Of a stretch of 64,000 nt of DNA, positions 17,900 through 27,565 are shown in pieces (the first letter of the stretch is position 1; each line of letters starts with the position of its first letter). A program made the translations under genes and the position numbers. Below the pieces are notes generated by a model. That model saw only the letters and a list, made by a program, of their open reading frames with translations, ran no database searches and was not told where the DNA came from. The stretch is from Myxococcota bacterium (GTDB lineage Bacteria > Myxococcota_A > UBA9042 > PHBI01 > JAWLBL01): the NCBI GenBank assembly GCA_041687695.1, contig JAWLBL010000008.1, positions 128,001 through 192,000 on the forward strand, given 5' to 3'.

Positions 17900-20800
17900 G
17901 TGCCCCCGGTGATCGCCCGATCCGTCCGACCGCTGCTCCTGGCCACGCTCGCGCTCCTGTGCGCCGCGGCGCCGGCCGCCACCCACGCCCTGCCGCCCAG
18001 CGAGGCCGTCCGCCGCGAGCTGGCCGACCTGGCCCGCCGCCCCGGGGCCGCCGACGCCGCCGCGCGCCTCCTCCAGCTCGCCCCGGCCCTGGACGCCCTG
18101 CCGGTCGCTGAGCAGGCCGCCGCGCTCGATCGCCTCGCCCGCTCGGCCGCCCCCGCGGTCGCCGCGCGCGCCCAGCTCCTCTCGCTGCGCCACCTGCGGG
18201 ACGCCGCCGCCCGCGCCGCCGCCCGCCAGCTCGGCTTCATCACCGATTGGCGCGCCCTGGGCCCCCTCGCCGCCCCGCCCGCCGCCCCGACCCGCGCCCA
18301 CGCCGATCTGCCCACCCTGCCGGCGCCGGGCTCCGACGCCTCCGCCGAGGGCCTGTTCGGGCCGGTGACCTGGACCCGCCTGACCGATCACGGCCCCCCG
18401 GGCGGCACCTCGGTCGACGCCCTGCTGCCCTCCGACGGCCCCGCGGTCGTCCACCTCGCCGCCACCGTCACCTCGCCGGCGCGCCGCGCCGTCCTGCTGC
18501 GCCTCGGCGGCGGCGGCGCCCTCGCGGTCAGCCTGAACGGGCAGGCGCTGGGGGCCGCCCGCGCCCTGGCCTTCCCGGTCCCCGATCAGCTCCAGGCGCG
18601 CGCCACCTTGCGCCCGGGTGACAACCACCTCGTCCTCACCCTCGCCCGCGACGCCGGCGCGCCCGCCGCGATCTACGCCCGCTTCACCGATCTCCAGGGC
18701 CGCCCGCTGCCCGATCTCCAGACCACGGCCACGGCCCTGGCCTCGTCGCTCCCCGCACCTGCGGCCGACGCCCCGACCGCGCGCCTCTCGGTCGACGCCG
18801 CCCTCGCCGTGGGCGGCCCCTCGCCGCTCGCGTTCGATCGCGCGCTGCTGCAGGCCGCCGCGCGCCGCCGCCTGGGTCTGCCCGACCTGGACACCGGCGT
18901 CGACGCGGCCGACGACGCGGACGCCGCCGCGCCGCCGCTGCTCGAGGACCTCCTGCTCACCGACGCCGCCGTCCGCCTGCCGGCCGACCGGCTGCTGCTG
19001 GCGCTGGCCCACGTCCCCCGCGAAGAGGCTCGCGCCAGCATCCTGCTGCACCTCGAGGCCAACGGCCGCCGCGAGCCGGCGCTGCGCCTGACCCTGGCCC
19101 AGCTGGCCGCCGCCCAGGGCCAGAGCGTCCGAGCCCGGCTGCTGCTGGCCGAGGTCTCCGCCGCCGACGATCCCGACGTGAGACGCCTCCACCGCCTGGT
19201 GGCCTCGCGCGCCGACCGCCTCGACGGCGAGCCCGAGGCCGCCTGGTCCCGGCTCGCGCCCGACCGCGCGACGCCCGACGCCGACGAGCGCGTCGTGGTC
19301 GAGGCCCTGCGCGCCGCCCTCGAGCTCGGCCGCCCCGACGAGGCCGCGCGCCTGGCCGTGGCCCTGGTCGCCGCCGCGCCGGGCGACGTCGAGCACCGCG
19401 CCACGCTGGCCCAGGCCCAGGCCGCCTCCGGCGACTCGCGCGCCGCGATCGACGCCCTGGCCGAGCTGGCCCGCCTCCGCCCCGACCGCCCCGGCTACGC
19501 CCTGCTGGCCGCTCGCACCGCCCTGGCGCGCGCCGACGAGCCGCGCGCCCGCCGCCTGCTCGACGCCGCCGCCGCCCAGGCCGGCCTCGATCCCGACGTG
19601 CTCGAGAGCGTCGGCCGCCTGCGCCTCGAGCTCGGCGACACCCCCGCCGCCGTCGCCGCCTTCGAGCGCGCCCTGCGCGTCCGCCCCGCCAACCCGGATC
19701 TGCGCGCCGCCCTCGAGCGCCTCACCCCCGCCGCCGACGCCGCGCTCCCCTTCGAGGTCGCCGTCGACGCCGCCCTGCTCGCCCGCCCCTCGCGCGCCCC
19801 CGACGCCGCCTTCGAGGTCCTGGCCGAAGAGGTCCACGTCCAGGTCCACCCCGACGGCACCACCTCGCGCCTCGAGCAGCGCGTCGTGCGCGTCCACCGC
19901 GTCCCCGAGGACCGCGCCGCCCGCTCGACCCAGATCCGCTTCGACCCCACCCAGCAGCAGGTCCGCGTCCTCGACGCCCGCGTCCACCGCGGCGGCCTGT
20001 CCCTGCCGGTCCTGGAGCGCGAGGTCGCGCAGATCTCCGAGAGCTGGTACGGCCTGTACTACGACCTCCGCGAGCTGTCCGTCCCCTTCGACGATCTGCA
20101 GCCCGGCGACGTCATCGCCGTCCGCCACCGCGTCGACTCGGTCGGCCGTCCGCTCATCGCCGGCGCCGTCGATCTGCTCGAGGTCCTGCAGGACACCGTC
20201 CCCAAGCACCGCCTCGTCCTGACCGTCAGCGCGCCGGCCGACCTCCCGCTCGCCTCGCGCCTGGTCGTGCCGCCCGGCGTCTCCGCCGCCGGGGCCACCG
20301 TCACCGAGGCCCGCGAGCCGCTGGCCGACGGCCGGGTCCGCTGGCGCGTGGACGGCCGCGACCTGCCGCCGCTGCCGCTCGAGCCCGCGATGCCCGGCGC
20401 CGCCGAGGTCGCCGCCCTGTGGCAGGCGACCACCTTCGCCAGCTGGGCCGAGGTCGTGGAGCGCTACCTGCGCCTGGTCCGGCCCCAGCAGGTCGTCACG
20501 CCCGCCATGCGCCGCTGGGTCGAGGCCCAGACCGAGGCCGCCCGCACCAGCCCCACCAACGTCTCCGAGGCCCTGCTCGTCCGCCGGGTCGTCGAGAGCG
20601 TCACCCGCGACATCCGCTACGTCGGCCTCGAGTTCGGCATCCACGGCTACCAGCCCTACCGCACCGACCAGGTCTGGACGCGCCGCTTCGGCGACTGCAA
20701 GGACCAGGCGACCCTGCTCGTGACCCTGCTCGGTCTCGCCGGCGTCGACGCCCGCGTCGCCCTGGTCCGCACCCGCCGCCTGGGCCGCGTCCCCGAGGCC

Positions 20801-21643
20801 CTGCCCACCCTGGCCGCCTTCGATCACGCCATCGTCTGGCTCCCCGACCGCGATCTGTACGTCGACCCCACCGCCCGCACCTTCGGCCTCGGCGAGCTGC
20901 CCGCCCTCGACCAGGGCGCCCAGGTCCTCATCCTCGACCCCGACGTCCCGCAGCCCTTCCGCCAGTCCCCCTCGGACGCCGCGAGCCGCAGCGGCGTCGA
21001 CGGCGAGTACACCGTCGCCCTGCGCGACGACGGCGCCGCCGGCCTGCGCGGCCTCGTCGCCTTCCGCGGCAGCCAGGCCCCCGGCTACCGCGAGCGCCTC
21101 GCCGACGCCGACGCCCGCACCGACCGCCTCGAGGAGCTCCTCAACGGCCGCTACCCCGGCCTCCAGCTCGCCAGCCACGCGATCAGCGACCCCTCCGATC
21201 GCGCCCGCCCCCTCGAGCTGTCCTTCACGGCCGAGGCCCCGCGCGTCGCCGCCCGCGTCGGCGCCACCCTGCAGGTCCCGCGCCCGGCCGGCGCCGACGG
21301 CTTCGCCAGCCGCCTCGCCAGCGAGGCCCGCCGCGTGCACGCCGTCGTCCTGGGCCCCCCGGCCACGCACCGCTTCAAGTTCCGGTACGTCCTGCCGCCC
21401 GGCTGGCGGCCCGAGGCGCTGCCCAACTCCGCGCAGGACACCTCCCGCTTCGGCCGCTACAGCGTCCACTGGCGCCTCGACGCCGGCGCCCCGGTCGTCG
21501 AGACCCACCTCGAGCTGGCGGTCGACCAGGTCGCGCCCCAGGACTACTCGGACTTCCGCGCCTTCATGCAAGCCTTCGATCAGGCCATCCGCCCGCCGCT
21601 GGTGCTCGTGTTCGACCCGCCCGCCCAGGGGGCCGCGCCGTGA
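17900..21643 (+). CDS. secreted TPR + DUF3857 + transglutaminase-like protein (Cys-His-Asp intact)
   Basis: Signal peptide; IRYVGLEFGIHGYQP, RRFGDCKDQA, FDHAI, YVDPT. Confidence 0.9.
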   Translation: MPPVIARSVRPLLLATLALLCAAAPAATHALPPSEAVRRELADLARRPGAADAAARLLQLAPALDALPVAEQAAALDRLARSAAPAVAARAQLLSLRHLRDAAARAAARQLGFITDWRALGPLAAPPAAPTRAHADLPTLPAPGSDASAEGLFGPVTWTRLTDHGPPGGTSVDALLPSDGPAVVHLAATVTSPARRAVLLRLGGGGALAVSLNGQALGAARALAFPVPDQLQARATLRPGDNHLVLTLARDAGAPAAIYARFTDLQGRPLPDLQTTATALASSLPAPAADAPTARLSVDAALAVGGPSPLAFDRALLQAAARRRLGLPDLDTGVDAADDADAAAPPLLEDLLLTDAAVRLPADRLLLALAHVPREEARASILLHLEANGRREPALRLTLAQLAAAQGQSVRARLLLAEVSAADDPDVRRLHRLVASRADRLDGEPEAAWSRLAPDRATPDADERVVVEALRAALELGRPDEAARLAVALVAAAPGDVEHRATLAQAQAASGDSRAAIDALAELARLRPDRPGYALLAARTALARADEPRARRLLDAAAAQAGLDPDVLESVGRLRLELGDTPAAVAAFERALRVRPANPDLRAALERLTPAADAALPFEVAVDAALLARPSRAPDAAFEVLAEEVHVQVHPDGTTSRLEQRVVRVHRVPEDRAARSTQIRFDPTQQQVRVLDARVHRGGLSLPVLEREVAQISESWYGLYYDLRELSVPFDDLQPGDVIAVRHRVDSVGRPLIAGAVDLLEVLQDTVPKHRLVLTVSAPADLPLASRLVVPPGVSAAGATVTEAREPLADGRVRWRVDGRDLPPLPLEPAMPGAAEVAALWQATTFASWAEVVERYLRLVRPQQVVTPAMRRWVEAQTEAARTSPTNVSEALLVRRVVESVTRDIRYVGLEFGIHGYQPYRTDQVWTRRFGDCKDQATLLVTLLGLAGVDARVALVRTRRLGRVPEALPTLAAFDHAIVWLPDRDLYVDPTARTFGLGELPALDQGAQVLILDPDVPQPFRQSPSDAASRSGVDGEYTVALRDDGAAGLRGLVAFRGSQAPGYRERLADADARTDRLEELLNGRYPGLQLASHAISDPSDRARPLELSFTAEAPRVAARVGATLQVPRPAGADGFASRLASEARRVHAVVLGPPATHRFKFRYVLPPGWRPEALPNSAQDTSRFGRYSVHWRLDAGAPVVETHLELAVDQVAPQDYSDFRAFMQAFDQAIRPPLVLVFDPPAQGAAP

Positions 21644-24600
21644 GCCGCGTCGTCCTCCTCACCTGGCTCGCCATGCTGCTCGGCCTGCAGGCCGGCTGCC
21701 CGGCGCGTGACGCCCGGCGGAGCCTCGACGCCCGCCTGTCCGATTGGCGCCAGGCCGCCGAACGTGGCGACGCCCTGGCCCGGCTGCAGCTCGTCGAGGC
21801 CCTCGCCACCCGCGGCGGCCCCGGCGGCCTCGCCGAGGCCCGCGCCCACGCCGAGGCCCTGGCCCGCGCGGGCGATCCGGTCGGCCGCGCCTGGGTGGCC
21901 GCGCTCGCCGAGGCCGCCGGCGAGCCCGACGCCGCCGCGGCGGCCCTGCTGGCCCTGCTCGCCGACCCGCGCGCCCCCGAGGCGCTCCGCCGCTGGGCCG
22001 CCGTCCGCGCCCTGGCGCAGCTCGACCAGATCGCCCTGGACGCCGCGAGCCTCGACGCCGTGCAGGCCGCCGTCGCCGACCCCGCCGCCCCGCCCGAGGC
22101 CGCCGAGCTGCTCGAGGCCATGGCCCTGCGCCTGCCAGCGCTGCCCACCGCCGCCGACGCCCTCGCCCAGGCCCGCGCCGCCCTGGGCGCCGTCCGCCAG
22201 TACTGGCCCACCGGCCGCCTCGCCCCGCGCCCCGCGACCGGCCTCGCCTCGGTGCCGCCCCGCCTCACCGCCCCCGAAGCCGCCGAGGCCCCCGCCGACT
22301 TCGCCTTCGGCGCGCCCGTGGCCACCCCCGACGGCACCGTCGCCTTCCCCGAGGACGGCCCCGGCGTCTACGCGGCCGCGCTGACGCTCCCCGACGGCGC
22401 CGGCCCCTTCACGTTAGAGGTCTGGGGAGCCGCCTCCTTCCGCCTGATCGAGGGCGGCCGGACCCTCGCCCGCGTCGACCGGCTCGGCGCCCTCGCCCCC
22501 GAGCGCGTCACGGCCACGGTGCCGGCCGATGCCGATCCGCGCCCCGGCCTGCCGCGCCGCGTCGAGCTGCACGTCGCCGACCGCGACGCCGCGCCCTCGG
22601 TGCGCGTCCTCGTCCGCCCGGCCCGTCCGGCCGCGCCCCGCGTCACCCTGCCGCCCGTCCTGGCGCGCCTGGTCGCCCTGGACCTCGCCCTGCACGCCGG
22701 CGATGTCACCGCCGCCGATCGCGCCGGCCACGCCCTCGCCGCCCTGGGCGACCCGGTCGTCGCCGCCCCCTCCCTGGCCCGCGCCGCCCTGGCCGACGCC
22801 ACGCGCCCACGCACGGCGGCCGCCGCCCAGGCGCGCCAGCACCTCGAGGCCGCGCTGTCCCGCAGCCCCGAGCACGCCCAGGCCCGCGCCGCCCTGGTCC
22901 ACCTGCTGCGCGACGGCTCCGAGCTGGCCCAGGCGCAAGGCGTCGCCGACGCCGGCCCGCTCGCCGCCCACGCCGACGCGGTCGCCTTCGCCCTGGCCCT
23001 CGACGGCGGTGAGCAGCGCCGCGCGGCCGCCCTGGCCGACGCCCGCGCCGCGCGCCTGCCCTCCTCGTGCGCGGCCTGGGAGGCCGTGCTCGACGCCCGC
23101 TGGGAGGCCCTCAAGGTCCGCGCCGACGTCCTCGACCGGCCGCTGCCCGCCTGCCCCGACCTGGCGCTGCGCGTCGGCGCCCTGCAGCACGAGGCCTTTC
23201 GCCTGCCCGCCGCCCGCGCCGTCCTGTCGGCGCTGCTGGCCGCCTCGCCGCCCGGCCGCCCCGAGGCCCGCGCGCGTGTGGCCCTGGCCCGCGTGGCCCT
23301 GGCCGCCGGCGATCTGGACCAGGCGCGCGATCTGGCCCGCCAGGGGCTCGCCCGCGGGGTGCACCGCGAGGCGATGATCGATCTCCTGCTCCGGGTCGCG
23401 CTGCTCGAGGGCGACCGCGCCGCCGCCGCCGCCGCCCGCCGCGATCTGGGCCACGTCCCGGCCCTGTCGGTGGCCGGGCGCCGCCGGGCGCTCGACGCGT
23501 CGCGCGATCTGGGCCTGCCGCTGGCCGACGGGCACGCCCTCGCGCTGGCCGCCCTCGACGAGACCGGCGTCGACGACGACGCCTCGGTCCGCCACCTGCT
23601 CGAAGAGCGCCACACCACCGTGCTGCCCGGCGGCGCCCTGGTCCACCGCGTCCATCGCGTCGTCCACCTGCTCGACGACGCCGCCGTCGAGGAGCTGGGC
23701 GAGATCCCGCTGCCGGAGGACGCCGAGATCCTGATCGCGCGCACCTGGAAGCCGACCGCCGACGGCCGCCTGCAGCCCATCGAGCCCGAGGACTTCCTCG
23801 AGAAGACCACCATCAGCCTGCCGGCCCTCGAGGCGGGCGCCGTCGCCGAGGTCGCCTGGTTCTGGCTCGAGCCGCCGTCCCCGCGTCTGCAGCCGCACTG
23901 GTCGCTCGCCCCGTTCCTCTTCGACAGCGACCGCGGCCACGTCGCCACGGCGCGCTTCCTCCTGCGCGCGGCCCCCGACGCTTCCCTGCGCATCGAGACG
24001 CTGGGCGACGTCCCGCCCCCCGCCCGCCCCGAGCCCGGCCTGCGCGTCTGGACCGTCCAGGGGCGCCCGCGCGTCCTGCCCGAGCCGCTCGACGTCCGCC
24101 CCGACCGCCGCCGCGCCTCGGTCCGCGTCTCGAGCGACCTCGATCTCGCCGAGCTGCGCGCCGCCCTGGCCGAGGCCCTCGCGCCGCGGCTGCGCCCCAG
24201 CCCCGCCCTCGACGCCCTGGCCCGGCGCGCCCTCGGCGACGCCCCGCCGGCCGACCCGCGCGCGCGCCTGTCCGCCCTGTACGATGCCGTCCTCGACCAC
24301 GTCACCGAAGGGCAGGGCGACCCCTGGCTCGGCTCGGCCGCGCTGACCGCCGCCAGCCGCAGCGGCGACCGCGTGGGCCTCATGGTCGCGCTGTGTCGCG
24401 CCGCCGGGCTGGACTGCCAGGTGGCGCTGGCCCGCCCCTGGACCCGCGGCGACCCGGCCCCCTGGGACGGCCCGGCGCCGCTCGATCTCGCCGACTTCGA
24501 GTACCCGCTGGTCCGCGCCGACCTCGGCGACGACGGCATCCTCTGGCTCGACCCCGCCAGCCGCCTGGTCCCCTTCGGCTTCCTCTCGCCCCTGCTCGAG

Positions 24601-25335
24601 GGCGCGCCGGCCCTGGTCGTCGGGCCCTGCCCGGCGCCGCTGGTCGCCACCCTGCCGCGCGATCCGGCGGGCGAGGGCGAGCGCCGCGTCGACGCCCACG
24701 TCGAGATCCGGCCCGACGGCGCGTTCGTCGCGACCGGGCAAGAGGTCCTGACCGGCTACTACGCCCTGGGCTGGCGGCACGTGCTGGTCGACATGGCGCC
24801 CGACGCCCGCGATCGCGTCCTGGCCGGCGTCGTGCAGCAGAGCCTGCCGGGGGTCTCCGTCGACGAGGTGACGCTCGGCGGGCTCGACGCCCGCGGGGGC
24901 CCGCTGCGCCTGTCGTGGCGCGCCACGGGCCAGCTGCCCACCCCGCAGCGCGACGCCACCGCCCTGACCCTGGGCCTGAGCCCCGAGCGCATCGGCCGCG
25001 CCACGGTGGTCGTGCCGCAGCGTCGCTCGCCGCTGTGGATCGCGCGCACCGGGCGCCTGCGCTTTTCCGTGCAGATCACCCTGCCCGAGGGCGCCGCCTT
25101 CCCGCGCGCGCCGGCCCCCGCCCGGGTCGATCACCCCTTGATGCAGCTCACCCGCGAGGTCGCGCTCGAGGAGGGCGGCCGCGTGCTGCGGCTCGACAAG
25201 CGCTTCTCCCTGGGGGTAGGGCGCGTCGCCCCGGACGACTACCCGGCGTGGGCCGAGGCCGCCGGTGCGGTCGACCGCGCCGACGTCCTCCACCTCGAGA
25301 TCCGCTGGCCACGGGCCGCCAAGGGGACCCCATGA
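21640..25335 (+). CDS. lipoprotein, TPR-like + DUF3857/transglutaminase-like paralog with degenerate active site
   Basis: GTG overlaps the upstream TGA; lipobox QAGC; SRSGDRVGL, FEYPL and WLDP occupy the triad positions. Confidence 0.8.
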   Translation: MSRVVLLTWLAMLLGLQAGCPARDARRSLDARLSDWRQAAERGDALARLQLVEALATRGGPGGLAEARAHAEALARAGDPVGRAWVAALAEAAGEPDAAAAALLALLADPRAPEALRRWAAVRALAQLDQIALDAASLDAVQAAVADPAAPPEAAELLEAMALRLPALPTAADALAQARAALGAVRQYWPTGRLAPRPATGLASVPPRLTAPEAAEAPADFAFGAPVATPDGTVAFPEDGPGVYAAALTLPDGAGPFTLEVWGAASFRLIEGGRTLARVDRLGALAPERVTATVPADADPRPGLPRRVELHVADRDAAPSVRVLVRPARPAAPRVTLPPVLARLVALDLALHAGDVTAADRAGHALAALGDPVVAAPSLARAALADATRPRTAAAAQARQHLEAALSRSPEHAQARAALVHLLRDGSELAQAQGVADAGPLAAHADAVAFALALDGGEQRRAAALADARAARLPSSCAAWEAVLDARWEALKVRADVLDRPLPACPDLALRVGALQHEAFRLPAARAVLSALLAASPPGRPEARARVALARVALAAGDLDQARDLARQGLARGVHREAMIDLLLRVALLEGDRAAAAAARRDLGHVPALSVAGRRRALDASRDLGLPLADGHALALAALDETGVDDDASVRHLLEERHTTVLPGGALVHRVHRVVHLLDDAAVEELGEIPLPEDAEILIARTWKPTADGRLQPIEPEDFLEKTTISLPALEAGAVAEVAWFWLEPPSPRLQPHWSLAPFLFDSDRGHVATARFLLRAAPDASLRIETLGDVPPPARPEPGLRVWTVQGRPRVLPEPLDVRPDRRRASVRVSSDLDLAELRAALAEALAPRLRPSPALDALARRALGDAPPADPRARLSALYDAVLDHVTEGQGDPWLGSAALTAASRSGDRVGLMVALCRAAGLDCQVALARPWTRGDPAPWDGPAPLDLADFEYPLVRADLGDDGILWLDPASRLVPFGFLSPLLEGAPALVVGPCPAPLVATLPRDPAGEGERRVDAHVEIRPDGAFVATGQEVLTGYYALGWRHVLVDMAPDARDRVLAGVVQQSLPGVSVDEVTLGGLDARGGPLRLSWRATGQLPTPQRDATALTLGLSPERIGRATVVVPQRRSPLWIARTGRLRFSVQITLPEGAAFPRAPAPARVDHPLMQLTREVALEEGGRVLRLDKRFSLGVGRVAPDDYPAWAEAAGAVDRADVLHLEIRWPRAAKGTP

Positions 25336-25760
25336 ACCCGGCCATCCGCAACGGCGCGCCGCTCAGACGCCTGGCCTTCGCGGCGACCCTCCTCGCCGCC
25401 TGCTCGGCCCCGACCCGCGCCCCCGAGCCCGACCCCGCCGACGCCGTGGCGGCCTACCACCGCGCCCTGGTCGAGGGCCGCCCCGGCGAAGCCTTCGGGC
25501 TCCTGCACCCCGACGCGCGCGAGGGCCTCGACCGCGCCGGCTTCGAGGCGCTGTACGCCCGCCAGCGCGACGCCCTGCTCGCCCAGGCCGAGCGCCTGCT
25601 GACCCTGGCCCGCGCCAGCCGGCCCGAGCAGCGCGCCCGGGTGGTCGTCGGCGACACCGAGGCCGAGCTGGTCCTGACCGACGAGGGCTGGCGGCTGACC
25701 GCGCCCGTGGGCGCCCGCCCGCCGCCGGACGCGCCCGCCGAGCCGCCGCCGCCTCAGTAG
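25332..25760 (+). CDS. small hypothetical lipoprotein
   Basis: ATGA overlap with the upstream stop; lipobox LAAC; ends with L..EGWRL. Confidence 0.75.
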   Translation: MNPAIRNGAPLRRLAFAATLLAACSAPTRAPEPDPADAVAAYHRALVEGRPGEAFGLLHPDAREGLDRAGFEALYARQRDALLAQAERLLTLARASRPEQRARVVVGDTEAELVLTDEGWRLTAPVGARPPPDAPAEPPPPQ

Positions 25761-27412
25761 ACCGACTCGACCCGGGTGCCCTGGTAGTAGTGCTCCAGGA
25801 TCGCTTCGGCCGACTGGCCCTTCTCGGCCCGGCCGATGGCGCCGTACTGGCACAGGCCGACCCCGTGGCCCCACCCGCCGCCGGTGATGCGCCACAGCCC
25901 TTCGAGCCGGTCGACCACGAACATCCCGCTCTGCAGGTTGCCCAGCAGCCGCCGCACCGCCAGCTCGCCCCGCACCACGGCCTCGCCCTTGGCCCCGACG
26001 AACCGGACGCGCTGAAGGCGCCCGCTGACCCCGCGCTCGAGCACCTCGAAGCGCGTGACGTGGCCGATGGGATGCTGCGCGTTGACCATCCGGTCCAGCT
26101 CGACGTCGGGCAGCTCGCGCTGCCAGCGGAAGACCTTGTTGCCCAGCGAGGTCGTCGCGCAGTGGGCGCTCGAGGGCGCGACCAGCCACGCGCGCAGCTG
26201 CTCCTCGGTCGGCGCCGCCCCGCGCGCCCAGGGCAGCTCGCCCTCGCCGCCGTCGGCCACGCCGCGCAGGGTCGGGTGGGCCACGCCCTCCCAGACCACC
26301 TCGTTGTGCTCGGTGTGGCCGCCGCACGAGGCGCTGTAGACGCTGTCGACCAGGTGCCCGCGCCCGTCGAACAGCATCTTGCCGCGCGTGCGCTGGACGG
26401 CCTCGGTGGTCGTCGCCTTCTCCTTGGCGGTGCCGCTGTAGACCTGGCAGTGCTGCGTCGCGCACACCAGGAACGGGTCGGCCAGGTGCCTCACCCCGAG
26501 CTTCGCCAGCAGCTCGCCGCGGGCCGTGATCGCCTGGGCCTCCAGCGCGGCCGCGGGCGCGGTCGGGAAGATCTCGGACGGCACGATCCCGGCCAGCAGC
26601 GTCTCGGCCGACACGCGGTTGACCACCGCCAGGCGCGCGGTCGGGTCGACCGCCAGCACGATCTCGCCGTGGAAGCGCCGATCCTGGAACCCATGGTGGG
26701 CGTAGCCGCGGCCGTACTCGACCCGCTCGACCTCGACGGGCTCGCCGCCCAGCCCGCTCAGGGTCACCAGATCGTCCTGGGCGAGCCGCAGGCCCGAGCC
26801 CTCCTCGGTCACCAGCACCCGCCCGCGCGCCCGCGTCACGGGATCGGCGTAGACGCTCGGCGCCTCGGGCAGCTCCCACTGCCTGGCCAGCTCGGCCGCG
26901 CGGGCCTCGGCGCGCGCCTGGGTGTCGTGGAAGCCCTTCTCGACGATGAGCGCCCGGCGGTTGTCCAGCACGCGCCCCGGCAGCCCGACGATGCCGCCCA
27001 GCGAGACCTCCTCGAGCGTCACGCCGCGGTCGCCCCAGCGCTGCCGCGCCTCCTTGACGGCTTCGAGGTCGCCGCCGCGCAGCCGCTCGAGCACCACGCG
27101 GTAGCGCACCTTGCCCGGCGTCCCCTGCTCGACCCGCGCCGTCAGGGTGCGCCCCGCGGGCAGCTCGACCACGGTCCGCGCCGGCCCCGACAGGGTGACG
27201 CGCAGCCCGCGGCCCGTCTTGACGCGCACGATCTGCTGGCCGTCCATGACGCCGATGGTGACCATCGGGACGCCGTCGCCGCCGAAGCTGAGCTGCGTCG
27301 AGTACATCAGGGCCGCCGCGTCGTGCGGCGCCTGGGCCTGGGCCCGGGCGGGCGCGGCGGTCAGCAGCGCCGCCGCCACGAGCGCGAGCGACATGAGGGC
27401 GGGGCTCGGCAT
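25754..27412 (-). CDS. SpoIID/LytB domain protein (putative lytic transglycosylase)
   Basis: VVN.V..E..LAGIVPSE, ALEAQAITAR, CQVYSG, YSASCGGHTE, GGGWGHGVGLCQYGA, ILEHYY. Confidence 0.93.
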   Translation of the reverse strand: MPSPALMSLALVAAALLTAAPARAQAQAPHDAAALMYSTQLSFGGDGVPMVTIGVMDGQQIVRVKTGRGLRVTLSGPARTVVELPAGRTLTARVEQGTPGKVRYRVVLERLRGGDLEAVKEARQRWGDRGVTLEEVSLGGIVGLPGRVLDNRRALIVEKGFHDTQARAEARAAELARQWELPEAPSVYADPVTRARGRVLVTEEGSGLRLAQDDLVTLSGLGGEPVEVERVEYGRGYAHHGFQDRRFHGEIVLAVDPTARLAVVNRVSAETLLAGIVPSEIFPTAPAAALEAQAITARGELLAKLGVRHLADPFLVCATQHCQVYSGTAKEKATTTEAVQRTRGKMLFDGRGHLVDSVYSASCGGHTEHNEVVWEGVAHPTLRGVADGGEGELPWARGAAPTEEQLRAWLVAPSSAHCATTSLGNKVFRWQRELPDVELDRMVNAQHPIGHVTRFEVLERGVSGRLQRVRFVGAKGEAVVRGELAVRRLLGNLQSGMFVVDRLEGLWRITGGGWGHGVGLCQYGAIGRAEKGQSAEAILEHYYQGTRVESVY

Positions 27413-27565
27413 GGCCGAGTCCTATCCGCGGCGCCCCCGGGGCGCAAGAATTCCGTCGAGTCGCGCACTTGGGCCGGGGTCAGGAGTTGCAGCGCCGGTC
27501 CGATGAAGTATAGTCGCCGGGCCGTGAGCGATAGCGCCGCGGGCCAAGCCAGGGGCACGGATTCG

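Noticed and set aside
20419..21639. Arg/Pro-rich N-terminal extensions in the ORF track (also ORFs 6782..9376, 25265..28912, 28961..31780, 47601..48959)
   Set aside because: Off-frame read-through of neighbouring genes; true starts were reassigned by RBS, signal peptides and stop/start overlaps.
17771..25293. Long antisense ORFs (17771..21571, 22414..25293) and similar shadows such as 42300..45668, 54615..57167 and 14628..17519
   Set aside because: They mirror well-supported genes; strong GC3 bias depletes stops in other frames; no motifs.
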